DNA from: Candidatus Cloacimonadales bacterium
GTDB taxonomy: Bacteria; Cloacimonadota; Cloacimonadia; Cloacimonadales; JAIOQZ01
Assembly: GCA_963665815.1 (NCBI GenBank)
Contig: OY762463.1
Coordinates: 3,072,001 to 3,136,000 of the forward strand
Reading direction: 5' to 3'
Length of the DNA: 64,000 nt
The notes under the pieces were generated by a model. The model saw nothing but the letters and a program-made list of their open reading frames with translations. It did no database searches and was not told the DNA's origin. Position numbers and translations under genes: made by a program. This document shows positions 1 through 9,901 of the stretch, piece by piece. Each line of letters starts with the position of its first letter. Position 1 is the stretch's first letter.

Positions 1-1
1 A

Positions 2-937
2 ACAAGCCTGAGAAAGCAGATTGCTATGGATACGGGGATAATTGTTCCTCCTATCAGAATCAGGGATAATATCTCTCTGGTGCCTAATCAGTATGTTATT
101 AAGATTCGCGGTGAAGAAATTGCTGCAGGTGAATGTCTTGTTAACCATTATATGGCACTTGATCCGGGGTCAGTTGAAAAACCAATTAAGGGTATTCAGA
201 CCAGAGAACCTGCGTTTGGACTTCCTGCATTATGGATTCCTGAAGATAAGAAAGATATTGCGGAAATGCATGGATATACGATTATTGAGCCTGCTGCCAT
301 GATCGCTACACACCTTTCGGAAGTAATCCGTAACAGTGCAGATATGATTATTACCAGACAGGATGTACAGAGACTAATTGATAATCTCAAGAAAGTCAAT
401 GCTGCGGTGGTTAAAGAGCTTGTGCCGAATATGCTGTCTCTCGGTAATATAGAACAGGTATTGAAGAATCTGCTGCATGAGGGTGTATCTATCCGCGATA
501 TGGTTACCATTATGGAAACTCTGGCAGATTATGCCGCTTACACGAAGGATATAGAAACGCTTACAGAATATGTCCGCTACGCTCTCAACAGGACTATAGC
601 CAAGAAATATGTTTCATCAGACGGTGGGGTTTACGGTATTACGTTTGCACCTAATATAGAACAGACTATAACTGAAGTTGTTATGCATAACAAACAGAAG
701 GGAAGTAATAACTCACTACCACCTGAAATTGTGAATACAATTTATACCGATCTGCAGACTGCTGTAGAAGAAATGAATAAACAGGGATTTCCACCACTTC
801 TGCTTGTTGCACCTATAATAAGAGTTTACACCAAAAAACTTATTGAACCGGTTATGCCAAATATTCCGGTCGTTTCTTACAACGAAATACCTACCAACAT
901 ACCTATTAAGGCCCATGTAACTATCAGTATGAAGTAA
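2..937 (+). CDS. flhA: Flagellar export protein FlhA, C-terminal cytoplasmic part (5' truncated by window edge)
   Basis: Frame open from position 2 (TSLRKQIAMDTGIIVPPIRIRDN); FHIPEP-family motifs TREPAFGLPALWI, LLHEGVSIRDM, VVSYNEIP. Confidence 0.93.
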   Translation, partial: TSLRKQIAMDTGIIVPPIRIRDNISLVPNQYVIKIRGEEIAAGECLVNHYMALDPGSVEKPIKGIQTREPAFGLPALWIPEDKKDIAEMHGYTIIEPAAMIATHLSEVIRNSADMIITRQDVQRLIDNLKKVNAAVVKELVPNMLSLGNIEQVLKNLLHEGVSIRDMVTIMETLADYAAYTKDIETLTEYVRYALNRTIAKKYVSSDGGVYGITFAPNIEQTITEVVMHNKQKGSNNSLPPEIVNTIYTDLQTAVEEMNKQGFPPLLLVAPIIRVYTKKLIEPVMPNIPVVSYNEIPTNIPIKAHVTISMK

Positions 938-988
938 GCTGAAGATGTGTATTTACGTACCTAAATTATTACCGGGACAAGAATAACT

Positions 989-1390
989 CTATACAACCCC
1001 TTTTTTGATCAGGAAAGCTGAATACGCTTTATCGGATCTCAAAATATGCTTCTGAAGCCATTTACGAAGGAATGTAACCAGTTCCAGACTGACTATTGAT
1101 TTGTTTGGGTCCTTTTTCTTCATGACTTCAATTTCGTCGATAATATACTGGTGTTTTCTCTTGTGATTTTCTGTGTCAGGATAATTATATTTATCAAATA
1201 ATTCTTCTTCATATGCAAAATGTTCGATAGTGTAATCAACAATTTTACTAAAAATCACATCCATTTTATCGAATGAAGACCCGTCCTGCAATGCTGCATT
1301 AAGTTCATTGAATATAGCTATCAGCTTTTTATGCTGTGAATCAATACTTTCAATTCCAACGCTGAATGTTTTATCCCATATTATTGGCAT
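989..1390 (-). CDS. Bacteriohemerythrin (di-iron O2-binding protein)
   Basis: WDKTFSVGIESIDSQH, HFAYEE, HKRKH, HILRSD: full H/H/E/H/H/H/D ligand set; RBS GGAG upstream. Confidence 0.93.
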   Translation of the reverse strand: MPIIWDKTFSVGIESIDSQHKKLIAIFNELNAALQDGSSFDKMDVIFSKIVDYTIEHFAYEEELFDKYNYPDTENHKRKHQYIIDEIEVMKKKDPNKSIVSLELVTFLRKWLQKHILRSDKAYSAFLIKKGVV

Positions 1391-1465
1391 TTCTATCTCC
1401 TTTTCCTTTTACTACAATAATATACAGTTTTGTACAATATTGACAAGTATGATTTTTGCTCATAA

Positions 1466-1484
1466 TTTGTTAACGGTTAACAAA
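1466..1484. promoter_or_regulatory. Perfect 9-1-9 palindrome TTTGTTAAC-G-GTTAACAAA upstream of hemerythrin; candidate operator
   Basis: Seen directly; about 75 bp upstream of the hemerythrin start. Confidence 0.45.
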
Positions 1485-1707
1485 AGTCTTAAACGATGTA
1501 TTGCATCGTAATGAAAGGACCAATAGTCATTGATCTGTGTTTCGCGTAGTAGTAAATGTATGAATTAATGTAGATGTTAAACAACTTGCAAAGTCGTTCC
1601 ACAAATCCCTTGCGGAATTTACTTTCAAACAAAACCTACAGCCTGTTATAAATTCACTTCCACAGAGAAAAGGAATTGTTCCATCTGTACAAACAGTGAT
1701 GTTAAAC

Positions 1708-1747
1708 GGGACTGTCCAAAGAAAAAGCCCCGAATAGCTTCAGGGCA
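1708..1747 (-). terminator. Intrinsic terminator / dispersed repeat copy 1
   Basis: Minus strand GCCCTGAA-gcta-TTCGGGGC-TTTTTCTTTGGACAGTCCC after gene 1799..3475. Confidence 0.75.
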
Positions 1748-1798
1748 TGTACTTTATTTACTTATATAGTATCTGACACAATTGCATTTAACAAGGTA

Positions 1799-3475
1799 TT
1801 ATTTCAGCATAACACATTTTTTGACAGCTTCTGTTCTGCAATCGATGTCAAGTTTGTAGAAGTAAACACCTGAGCCAACTTTATGACCGGTGCTGTCGTC
1901 ACCTTTCCAGATTACTTTGTTCAATCCTTCCTCTTCTGTACCAGACACAAGCGTTCTCACTTTTTGACCTTTCATGTTGTAAATAGTGAGTTCAACATTA
2001 CATTTCTTATTTAGAGAAAATTCGATTGTTGTTTCCGGATTAAACGGATTCGGGTAATTTGCTAATTTGAGAGATTCATACTTATTAACATTGGGATCAA
2101 CTTTTACAATTTGATTTGATAGTTTTCCAATTACAATAGAATGTCCGCCATTCTCAACATGATTATCAAACTGAGCATCTCCGGTAAAACTGCAAGCAAT
2201 AATAATTTCGTTGTAGCTATTTAACTGGAATTCCATATTGGGGTCAGAACTCATATCAAGTATTTTCATCCAATCCCAAGTATTGTCAGGATTTAAACGG
2301 GTAATGTAACTTCCGCATGTCAGTGATGAAGTTTCAGATAATTGGCTAATGCTAATGACTGAAGTGGCTGAAGTGGCTGAAGAATCCCAGAAACATCCTG
2401 TAAAATAAATTGCTCCATCCTCATTCATTTTCATTTCTTCAATAGTATTGCCATGATCACTACCAACTTTACATGCATAAGTCCAGGTCCCTGTTGAGTC
2501 CAAAACTGCAACAAAGTTTTCAGGTATTAATATACTTTCCCACTGATATTGATTTTCTGCAAAAAGCGTATCAGTATTAAAGACAATACTATCTCTAAAA
2601 GTACCTGAAATTACTTTATCGCTTCCTCTAATAATCATATCTTTTATTATGCAGTTACTGTTACCTTCAAAATTAAGAAGCTGAATATTATGCCATCCTG
2701 TTGTTTCATTGTACTCAATTGTATATTTCTGATTATACGGACAATTTGTAACTGAAACATTGCCTACACTAAAATCATAATTGAATCTACCAAAAAAAGT
2801 AATACTGCCGTTAAATATTCCGGAACTACCTATGATATACCCACCAGTAAATTCATCAGAACGCAGATAGTTACCATTAGTATCTGTAACAATCATTAAC
2901 TCCGAATAAAAATTACTGCCTGGTAAAGTTTGATTATTATAAGAGATTGGACTGAATGCATTAGCAAAGATGTAAATCTTGTCATTGTAGAATGCTAAAT
3001 GACTAACACTGGGTACATCTCCGGATATCTTTTTCATCCATAATGAATCACCATCTGAACTAACTTTGAAAAGCCCTATATCAAAAGTCGGTCTGGTTGT
3101 TTCAAGTACAAATGAGTTAACACCAATGATGTTTTGATCAGAATCAAGTACGAGTTTATAAGTATTGCTTGTTGAAAACTGATGGTTAACCTGAGGTAAT
3201 CTCTTTAGCCACAAACAATTCCCGACATCATCGACTTTTGCTATAAATGGATCATCAGTATATGAAACACCGGTAAGTGTATCTACATCAGAATACATAT
3301 TATTATTGAAGGTTCCTGCCACATACATATTACCGGATGAATCAATAACACTCGATTGCAGCTTACATCTGTCTGAAGCTTGCATGTTTGTAAACCATCT
3401 CCAATCAGGTTCTTCTTCGCCAAAACAAAAACAAGTAATTAATAATAGAGTGAATAGTAAACAAAATCTCCACAT
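1799..3475 (-). CDS. Secreted beta-propeller (SBBP-like repeat) protein with FlgD-Ig/T9SS-A-like C-terminal domain
   Basis: Signal peptide; repeats DSSGNMYVAGTF, DGAIYFTGCF; C-terminal NYPNPFNPETTIEFSL...GSGVYFYKL...KKCVMLK. Confidence 0.8.
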   Translation of the reverse strand: MWRFCLLFTLLLITCFCFGEEEPDWRWFTNMQASDRCKLQSSVIDSSGNMYVAGTFNNNMYSDVDTLTGVSYTDDPFIAKVDDVGNCLWLKRLPQVNHQFSTSNTYKLVLDSDQNIIGVNSFVLETTRPTFDIGLFKVSSDGDSLWMKKISGDVPSVSHLAFYNDKIYIFANAFSPISYNNQTLPGSNFYSELMIVTDTNGNYLRSDEFTGGYIIGSSGIFNGSITFFGRFNYDFSVGNVSVTNCPYNQKYTIEYNETTGWHNIQLLNFEGNSNCIIKDMIIRGSDKVISGTFRDSIVFNTDTLFAENQYQWESILIPENFVAVLDSTGTWTYACKVGSDHGNTIEEMKMNEDGAIYFTGCFWDSSATSATSVISISQLSETSSLTCGSYITRLNPDNTWDWMKILDMSSDPNMEFQLNSYNEIIIACSFTGDAQFDNHVENGGHSIVIGKLSNQIVKVDPNVNKYESLKLANYPNPFNPETTIEFSLNKKCNVELTIYNMKGQKVRTLVSGTEEEGLNKVIWKGDDSTGHKVGSGVYFYKLDIDCRTEAVKKCVMLK

Positions 3476-3554
3476 AGTTTCCTCCCTTTAATTTTGTACA
3501 AGATATTTTTTCTATAATGATATTTGTCAAACTGAAAATTATGTTCTGATTTCC

Positions 3555-4301
3555 CTACTTTTTCAAGGCTGATCGGGAAAATATTACAGGATCTATCTTA
3601 ACATCAAATTCTATCTTATCAATGATATACTCGGTACCTTTGCCTTTTTTAAGAACATCCTTGAAATACATAACTTTAGGATACCATCTATTACCAACCT
3701 TCATAATTTCTCTAATCTCGGTTTTCTTCAGTAATTTTCCGCTTTTAGCATATCTGTTTTCCTGTAAGGGGATATATTTTTCCTTATCAACCCAGATTTT
3801 ACGGGTGCTATATGCTACATCCTCAGTTTTAGCTGTTAACAGTATAACATAGCAGTTCCTGTCCTGCACAACTTCCTCTCCGGTAATATCTGCGGTATAA
3901 GACATTTCAAGGCTTGTATCTTCCATATAATCTTCATAGGACAAATCTGAACCGGATACAGATTGTCTCAACATGTGTCCGGAAATACGTATTTTCCTGT
4001 TTGCAGCAGGAGTGAATGTCCATAAATCATCGTTCAGTTTCAGCATCTTTGTACCCTTTTCTCTTGGTGGTGCAAGATACTCTGAGAAAGATTTCTCTGT
4101 CCCCTGAATCCAGAATCTGGTTGTAATTTCTCTCGTTTCTCTTCGTGTATGGATTATCATTCTGGATTCTCCAGTCATAGTATCAGCATTCATGTTTTTA
4201 TCTATCATCTTCAGAAGTTTTTCGCCGGTTAACTCATTATCAACTGAAAACAAACATGAGACCATAATCAATAGTGTTACAATTAAAATTCTATACTTCA
4301 T
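3555..4301 (-). CDS. LolA-like outer-membrane lipoprotein-sorting family protein
   Basis: Signal peptide; YLAPPREKGTKML, GSDLSYED, IWVDKE, SGKLLK motifs; last gene of ABC operon. Confidence 0.82.
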   Translation of the reverse strand: MKYRILIVTLLIMVSCLFSVDNELTGEKLLKMIDKNMNADTMTGESRMIIHTRRETREITTRFWIQGTEKSFSEYLAPPREKGTKMLKLNDDLWTFTPAANRKIRISGHMLRQSVSGSDLSYEDYMEDTSLEMSYTADITGEEVVQDRNCYVILLTAKTEDVAYSTRKIWVDKEKYIPLQENRYAKSGKLLKKTEIREIMKVGNRWYPKVMYFKDVLKKGKGTEYIIDKIEFDVKIDPVIFSRSALKK

Positions 4302-4313
4302 TCCTTTACTCCT

Positions 4314-5585
4314 TTAGTTTTCCAATTCTTTGAATAACTGAGATGTCTGACGTTTAAAGATATTCAGACCGGCAATAGCCGTACCCAATATTATTGACGA
4401 AAATCCGGGAATAATCCCGAGAAAAAAAGCTTCCGGAGATATCAGAGCATACATCCTTCCGGACGCAATGATATTTGCCTGTTTCATATATACAGAAAAA
4501 TCCAAACCGTATTCCTGCATAGGCCAGGCAACAAGATAACCGATTACTGCACCTGCTACCGAACCTGCCAGACCTATAATACCGGCTTCCCACAACATCG
4601 AAGTATAAACATGCTTTTTTGATTCACCTATCGCAAGTCTTACTCCCATTTCACCGTAGCGTCGGATACTGTTCATCAAGCCTGCATTCCAAAGAACAAT
4701 TCCTAATATGATAATAAATACTGTTACCATTCCAATAGAGAATGTACGAGCCATATCTATCATATCTCCCATACCATTCTGCTTTCTCAATGGAATCATA
4801 ACTGCACTGAATTCATCATCAGGATCGGATAGTTCCGAGTTAAATTTTTCTGATATTGTAATTGTCTGAAGATCATCGAAAACCATATCTTTTCTGATAC
4901 CAAGAATCTCTGTTGAAGCATCCTCCATATCCAGTAAATCCCTGGCAGCACTGATGTCAACAATAACAGCCTTCTTGTCCAGCATCTGAATACCAAAATT
5001 AACAAGTCCTGAAACCTTGTAGTTACGAATTGCCATTGCACTGTTCATTGTAGAAGACATAATGGAAACAGTATCTCCAATCTTGATGTTAACCTTTTCG
5101 GCAAGTTCACTGCTCAAAAGAATTTCGTCCTGCTTAGAAGGAATTGCTCCTGTTGTAAGAGCTTTTTCCAGATTGAGCAGCCTGATGTCATAGTCAGAAT
5201 TTATCAAATCAAAACTCATTCCCATGCACTGTGTCTGCCTTTTTGTTTCACCGTTTTCATCCGGTATATCCAGCAAACCGCCAAATTGAATTCTGGAACT
5301 CCAATCATAACCGGGATACTCTCTTGTTAACTGCTGCTTCAGTTTACTTTCCTCGAGGATACACAAATCTAAAGGTTTCTGATTAAGATATTGTTTGTAA
5401 GCTCTGGTAACAACTTTCACATGTCCGGTATCAAATTTCGCATTAGAGTTTATTGCACCATTCATATATCCTGTGAACTCGCAATAAAATATTATTGTTA
5501 CAGCAACTCCGAGAGAAACAGTAATAATCGGAAACAAACTCCTTGATCTGTCTCTAAATATCCCTTTCAAAAGAAATCGTATCAT
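4314..5585 (-). CDS. FtsX/MacB (LolC/E-like) ABC permease
   Basis: N-terminal TM, large periplasmic domain, RRYGEMGVRLAIG, three C-terminal TMs. Confidence 0.88.
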   Translation of the reverse strand: MIRFLLKGIFRDRSRSLFPIITVSLGVAVTIIFYCEFTGYMNGAINSNAKFDTGHVKVVTRAYKQYLNQKPLDLCILEESKLKQQLTREYPGYDWSSRIQFGGLLDIPDENGETKRQTQCMGMSFDLINSDYDIRLLNLEKALTTGAIPSKQDEILLSSELAEKVNIKIGDTVSIMSSTMNSAMAIRNYKVSGLVNFGIQMLDKKAVIVDISAARDLLDMEDASTEILGIRKDMVFDDLQTITISEKFNSELSDPDDEFSAVMIPLRKQNGMGDMIDMARTFSIGMVTVFIIILGIVLWNAGLMNSIRRYGEMGVRLAIGESKKHVYTSMLWEAGIIGLAGSVAGAVIGYLVAWPMQEYGLDFSVYMKQANIIASGRMYALISPEAFFLGIIPGFSSIILGTAIAGLNIFKRQTSQLFKELEN

Positions 5586-6742
5586 TTCTTCCTCCTTTTC
5601 CCCTGAATCGCTTCTGCAGGATTCATCTTGATTATTGAGGTTGTAGGAATCAGACTTACTATTCCAATAATAATCATTATATATATCACAGTCGTCAGTA
5701 CCACTTTCATGTTGTAAACAGGATAGATAATACCTGATGATCCTGCCAGACCATAGTCATCCATACTGTCAGGCATCGACCAACCTTTTGTTGCTGTCAG
5801 AATAAACAGAGGAATCCCATAGACAGCACCCATAAAAATAGCCATAGCCCCATGCATAACTCCTTCCAAAGTAAACAAAGACACAACTTTCGATTTTGTT
5901 AAACCCAGAGCCATTAGTGTTCCTATTTCTTTTCGTCTTCGAAAGATCGACAAAATCTGAGTATCAAAAATAGCTATTGTTACAAGAAACAACAGAACTC
6001 CATACATCACTGTTGCCTGAATACTCTCGATTTTAAATATAGTTCTCAGATCATTCAACAAATCATCCTGAGTATGAAAAATCCAACCATCGACCTGTTT
6101 ATTATTATCTGAAGACGAACAGATTATTGTAGCTTTCCCTTCCATACCGAACAACTTCTGCATTTGTCCCAGTTCCATCCATAATTGTCCCGTATCAACT
6201 CCCGGATGCGGACTGGTAAAAATCTCTGAAATCACAATATCCTGAGCATCAAAAGTGCCATTTGCATCTCTCCACCTGAGTGTAACAAAATCACCCTTTT
6301 TAAGTCCTGTTGCATTTGCCATCCTTTTACCGATGATAACGGAATTAGTATCACTGCTTCTCAGATTCTCAACAGGTATTTTCAGAACACTCTGATTTTC
6401 CGGTATACCCTTCACCATTATATTGAATAATCTACCTTCAGGATATATTGATGCAGTCTGAATCAGTATCGGACAAAAGTTTTCATCTTTTTTCACAAAC
6501 TCCGGTATTATATCATAGCTATCTACCAGAGTCAATGGATCAAACTTATCATAATCTTTCTGCCAGAACTGCCCTTCGGCTACTTCCCATTCTATCGTTT
6601 CATTGATAGCCCTCTGTCTCCAGCCTTCATAAAATCCTTCCATACCTATTATAGCAACATATGAAAGGGATATCACAAAAACATTGAGCCAGGTTCGGAG
6701 ACCTACTCCCAGAAGATTCTTGAGTGCCAGTTTAAATAGCAT
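5582..6742 (-). CDS. FtsX/MacB (LolC/E-like) ABC permease
   Basis: RRKEIGTLMALG motif, C-terminal MNPAEAI; 4-bp overlap with next gene. Confidence 0.88.
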   Translation of the reverse strand: MLFKLALKNLLGVGLRTWLNVFVISLSYVAIIGMEGFYEGWRQRAINETIEWEVAEGQFWQKDYDKFDPLTLVDSYDIIPEFVKKDENFCPILIQTASIYPEGRLFNIMVKGIPENQSVLKIPVENLRSSDTNSVIIGKRMANATGLKKGDFVTLRWRDANGTFDAQDIVISEIFTSPHPGVDTGQLWMELGQMQKLFGMEGKATIICSSSDNNKQVDGWIFHTQDDLLNDLRTIFKIESIQATVMYGVLLFLVTIAIFDTQILSIFRRRKEIGTLMALGLTKSKVVSLFTLEGVMHGAMAIFMGAVYGIPLFILTATKGWSMPDSMDDYGLAGSSGIIYPVYNMKVVLTTVIYIMIIIGIVSLIPTTSIIKMNPAEAIQGKRRKK

Positions 6743-7440
6743 TAATCCTCCTGTGCGGTTAAAATGTCTTTCTCTACTTTACCATCAACAAGATGTATTT
6801 TTCTATTTAGATAATTTATTACTTTTGAATCGTGTGTTGAGAATATGAATGTTGTTTTCATTTCCCTGCAGATATTCTTCATATAGTCCAGAATTTTATA
6901 TGAGTTATCCGAGTCCAGATTAGCTGTTGGTTCATCTGCAAGCAGAAGTGGTGGTTTCTTTACCATTGCTCTGGCGATGGCTACTCGTTGACATTGACCT
7001 CCTGAAAGCTGCCCTGGTCTGGACTTGATTTTGTCTGTCAGTTCTACCCATTCCAGAGCATCCATAACTGCCTTCTTTCTCTGCTCATTTGTCATATTTA
7101 AAAGTAACAACGGAAACTCAACATTCTCATAGACTGAGTAATGCTGCAGAAGATTGTACGATTGAAAAATAAAACCGATACTCTCACTCCTCAGTTTAGC
7201 TGATTCTCCAGAACTGAGTTTTTCGAGTTCTTTATCCAATACTTTTACTGAACCGGAAGTTCGCTTATCCAAGGAACCAATAATATTGAGAAGTGTAGTC
7301 TTTCCTGATCCGCTAGGACCTACAATTCCTGAAAATTCACCTTCTGAAAAATCAAGATTCACATCCTTTAAAGCTGTGAAGAAGCTACCTCCTACCGGGT
7401 ATTTTTTAATTAGATCTCTAATTTCAACTAAATTGCTCAT
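6742..7440 (-). CDS. LolD/MacB-type ABC ATPase
   Basis: GPSGSGKTT, LSGGQCQR, LADEPTANLD, STHD. Confidence 0.93.
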   Translation of the reverse strand: MSNLVEIRDLIKKYPVGGSFFTALKDVNLDFSEGEFSGIVGPSGSGKTTLLNIIGSLDKRTSGSVKVLDKELEKLSSGESAKLRSESIGFIFQSYNLLQHYSVYENVEFPLLLLNMTNEQRKKAVMDALEWVELTDKIKSRPGQLSGGQCQRVAIARAMVKKPPLLLADEPTANLDSDNSYKILDYMKNICREMKTTFIFSTHDSKVINYLNRKIHLVDGKVEKDILTAQED

Positions 7441-7451
7441 GGTAACACTCC

Positions 7452-8579
7452 TTAAAAATCTGCGAGAAATGATATTTGTATTCCAAGTTCCGGCTTCTCG
7501 TCGAACTCATAATAACTGAGAAAAGTCTGTAGATTCAATATATATAAATCTGCTGTATATTTAAGTGAATTCATAATCGTAAACTCAGGCATAAAATCCT
7601 CAACTGAAGAATTATGATAGTTCACGTAAAACATATCAGAATACATGATGGATACAGGATAATCCAAAATTAGACAGATATCCTCTGTATCACTTTCCAT
7701 ACCGGAAAATTTATCGTAAAGTCCTGAGCTTATTCTGTACTCTGCCATTGTATAGAGACCATTTCCAACAGAAAAAGTATAATCTGCTCCAGTCATCAAA
7801 GATGACTCCATATCTTCTTTCGCTGACACAGGAGGTTCATCAACAAAGTACTGCTGCATCTCAGTCCAGAATCCGAGATACGCATCAGCTTTTACATCTA
7901 AGGCAATCCTTCTCCCTTTGTATCTCTTATTTTCTGCATTCTCTCTACCAATATTTTCAAATGACAATCCAGAACTTATCCTGCTGAAATCTCTTTCATA
8001 TCTTAAACCAAAATCAGCTTCATCTGCATCATGCAGTTTAAATAATCTATTCGATTCGTATGTATTTGTGATATTGTACCAGCTCCATAATGCAGATTCC
8101 ATATCCGGATATACTTTCAGCAAAGCCCCTGTAGTTCCTTTAGTGTAGGCACTTACATCGAAATAGTTAACTGTATCATACCAGTCAACAATTCTCAAAA
8201 TCTGAGCTTCTCCAAAATTGATTTTCTGTTTTCCTAGAACAAACTCGAATTTATTATTGGATACTCTCATACTCAATCTGTGAAATCCATGATCAAAATC
8301 CTTATCTTCACTATCCATATTCACAATATCGTAACCTAACTCATAAGAGCATAATATACTTATCGAAGCATTGCTGATATCACCTATGGTATTGCTGTAC
8401 TCAGGAAGATATTTCGTATAAAGAGCATTGTCATCATTATTGAGATTATTCAGATACATCAGATGTACCTTATGAACAACTTTTTCATTCATATGATTCA
8501 AAATACCTACACTATAACATAAGTTGCAATGTAACACAAGTAATGCAAGCATGCAGAAGAAAAAAGTTTTATGTTTCAT
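7452..8579 (-). CDS. Exported protein, probable outer-membrane beta-barrel
   Basis: Signal peptide, GKQKINFG and GADYTF segments, alternating beta pattern, C-terminal Phe. Confidence 0.55.
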   Translation of the reverse strand: MKHKTFFFCMLALLVLHCNLCYSVGILNHMNEKVVHKVHLMYLNNLNNDDNALYTKYLPEYSNTIGDISNASISILCSYELGYDIVNMDSEDKDFDHGFHRLSMRVSNNKFEFVLGKQKINFGEAQILRIVDWYDTVNYFDVSAYTKGTTGALLKVYPDMESALWSWYNITNTYESNRLFKLHDADEADFGLRYERDFSRISSGLSFENIGRENAENKRYKGRRIALDVKADAYLGFWTEMQQYFVDEPPVSAKEDMESSLMTGADYTFSVGNGLYTMAEYRISSGLYDKFSGMESDTEDICLILDYPVSIMYSDMFYVNYHNSSVEDFMPEFTIMNSLKYTADLYILNLQTFLSYYEFDEKPELGIQISFLADF

Positions 8580-9132
8580 TTACAACTCCAAACACAAAGA
8601 GTTCTATTATGGCGTTTATCAAATCTTTTGGATCAGGATAAATTGCCTGAAAAACAGGATCCTTCATTATTTCAAATGCTTTGGAAAACATAGAAATCAT
8701 AAACTTTGATTTCAAATCTTTGCGAACTGTCCCTTTTTTCTGTTCGTATCTGATAAAACGATACATTATCAAAAGAGACTTTCTGCTCATTTCATAATTG
8801 TACTGCTGAATGTCTGAATAATACATTAAATCATGAAGAAAATTCGGTCCAAGTTCATCATAAAAGCTAAACTCGAGTTCCAGCAGTGAATGAAATTTAT
8901 GCTTAACAGTCAGATCAGATTGCCAGATAACAGTCATTTCCTTGAAACCATACTCATACAGCTCCTTAAGCAACTCTCCTATTAACTCAATTTTGTTCCT
9001 GTAATGCTTATAAAATGTAACTTTACTAGTTTGAGCATGCTCACAAATTTCCTTAATTGTAACTTTCTTCATTCCGAATCTTTTGAACAAATCCATAGCT
9101 GCAGATTTAAGTTTCTCTCTTTTAGATCTCAT
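8569..9132 (-). CDS. TetR/AcrR family regulator
   Basis: N-terminal HTH FKRFGMKKVTIKEICEHAQTSKVTFYKHYRNK. Confidence 0.9.
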   Translation of the reverse strand: MRSKREKLKSAAMDLFKRFGMKKVTIKEICEHAQTSKVTFYKHYRNKIELIGELLKELYEYGFKEMTVIWQSDLTVKHKFHSLLELEFSFYDELGPNFLHDLMYYSDIQQYNYEMSRKSLLIMYRFIRYEQKKGTVRKDLKSKFMISMFSKAFEIMKDPVFQAIYPDPKDLINAIIELFVFGVVNET

Positions 9133-9188
9133 ATATTCTCCATTAACTACATTTACCTTTTTAGTATTATTAAATTATATTAGTAAAG

Positions 9189-9220
9189 CATGTCAATATA
9201 AAAATATTTTTTATTGACAT
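9189..9220. promoter_or_regulatory. Back-to-back sigma70 -35 boxes (TGTCAA...TTGACA) of the divergent tetR and DUF47 promoters
   Basis: atgtcaata-taaaaatatttt-ttattgacat near-palindrome in a 130-bp divergent spacer. Confidence 0.55.
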
Positions 9221-9261
9221 TTTTCTTCCATAACCTTTAACATTTAGCGTTGAGGTAAAAT

Positions 9262-9900
9262 ATGTTTACGAAGAAAACAAAACATTTAATTGAAAGAATT
9301 GATAAGTTCTTGAATCTGGTTAATGAAACCAGTATAATATTTCAAATGAGTCTCACAGATTATTTGAATGGGGATATTAAATCATTCCAGTCAAGACTCG
9401 ATAAAGTTGTTCAATGCGAAAGAGAAGCAGATGAAATTAGAAGAGATGTCGAAATAAACTTATATACTTACACCTTAATTCCGGAGTCCAGAGGAGATGT
9501 TCTGGCAATTCTGGAAAACACGGATGATGTAATTGATATTATGAAAGAAACTCTTCTAAGTTTCTATGCTGAAAATCCTGATATTCCAGAAGCAATCCAC
9601 ACAAAATTCAAGGAAATGCTTGAGCTTTCAAACAAGGCTGTTGACTCATTAGTCCGAGCCGTTAGAGCTTTTTTCACAGAAGTCTATCAGGTAAGTGAGC
9701 ATTTGAACAAAGTTCATGTTTATGAAACTCAGATAGATCTTATCGGTGCTGATCTGGTAAAACATGTGTTTGATTCCAATCTTGAACTGTCCTGTAAGCA
9801 GCATCTCAGGTTCTTTATCAAGAATGTTGAAAATATTAGTGACTATTCAGAGTCCGTCGCAGACAGACTTGCTATATATGCAATAAAAAGAAGGATATAA
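9262..9900 (+). CDS. DUF47/PhoU-like phosphate transport regulator
   Basis: EREADEIRR, ENTDDVID, ISDYSESVADRL motifs; directly upstream of PiT. Confidence 0.88.
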   Translation: MFTKKTKHLIERIDKFLNLVNETSIIFQMSLTDYLNGDIKSFQSRLDKVVQCEREADEIRRDVEINLYTYTLIPESRGDVLAILENTDDVIDIMKETLLSFYAENPDIPEAIHTKFKEMLELSNKAVDSLVRAVRAFFTEVYQVSEHLNKVHVYETQIDLIGADLVKHVFDSNLELSCKQHLRFFIKNVENISDYSESVADRLAIYAIKRRI

Positions 9901-9901
9901 G

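Noticed and set aside
1466-1484. Rex operator
   Set aside because: Spacing is 7-3-7 rather than Rex 7-4-7, and half-sites are TTGTTAA
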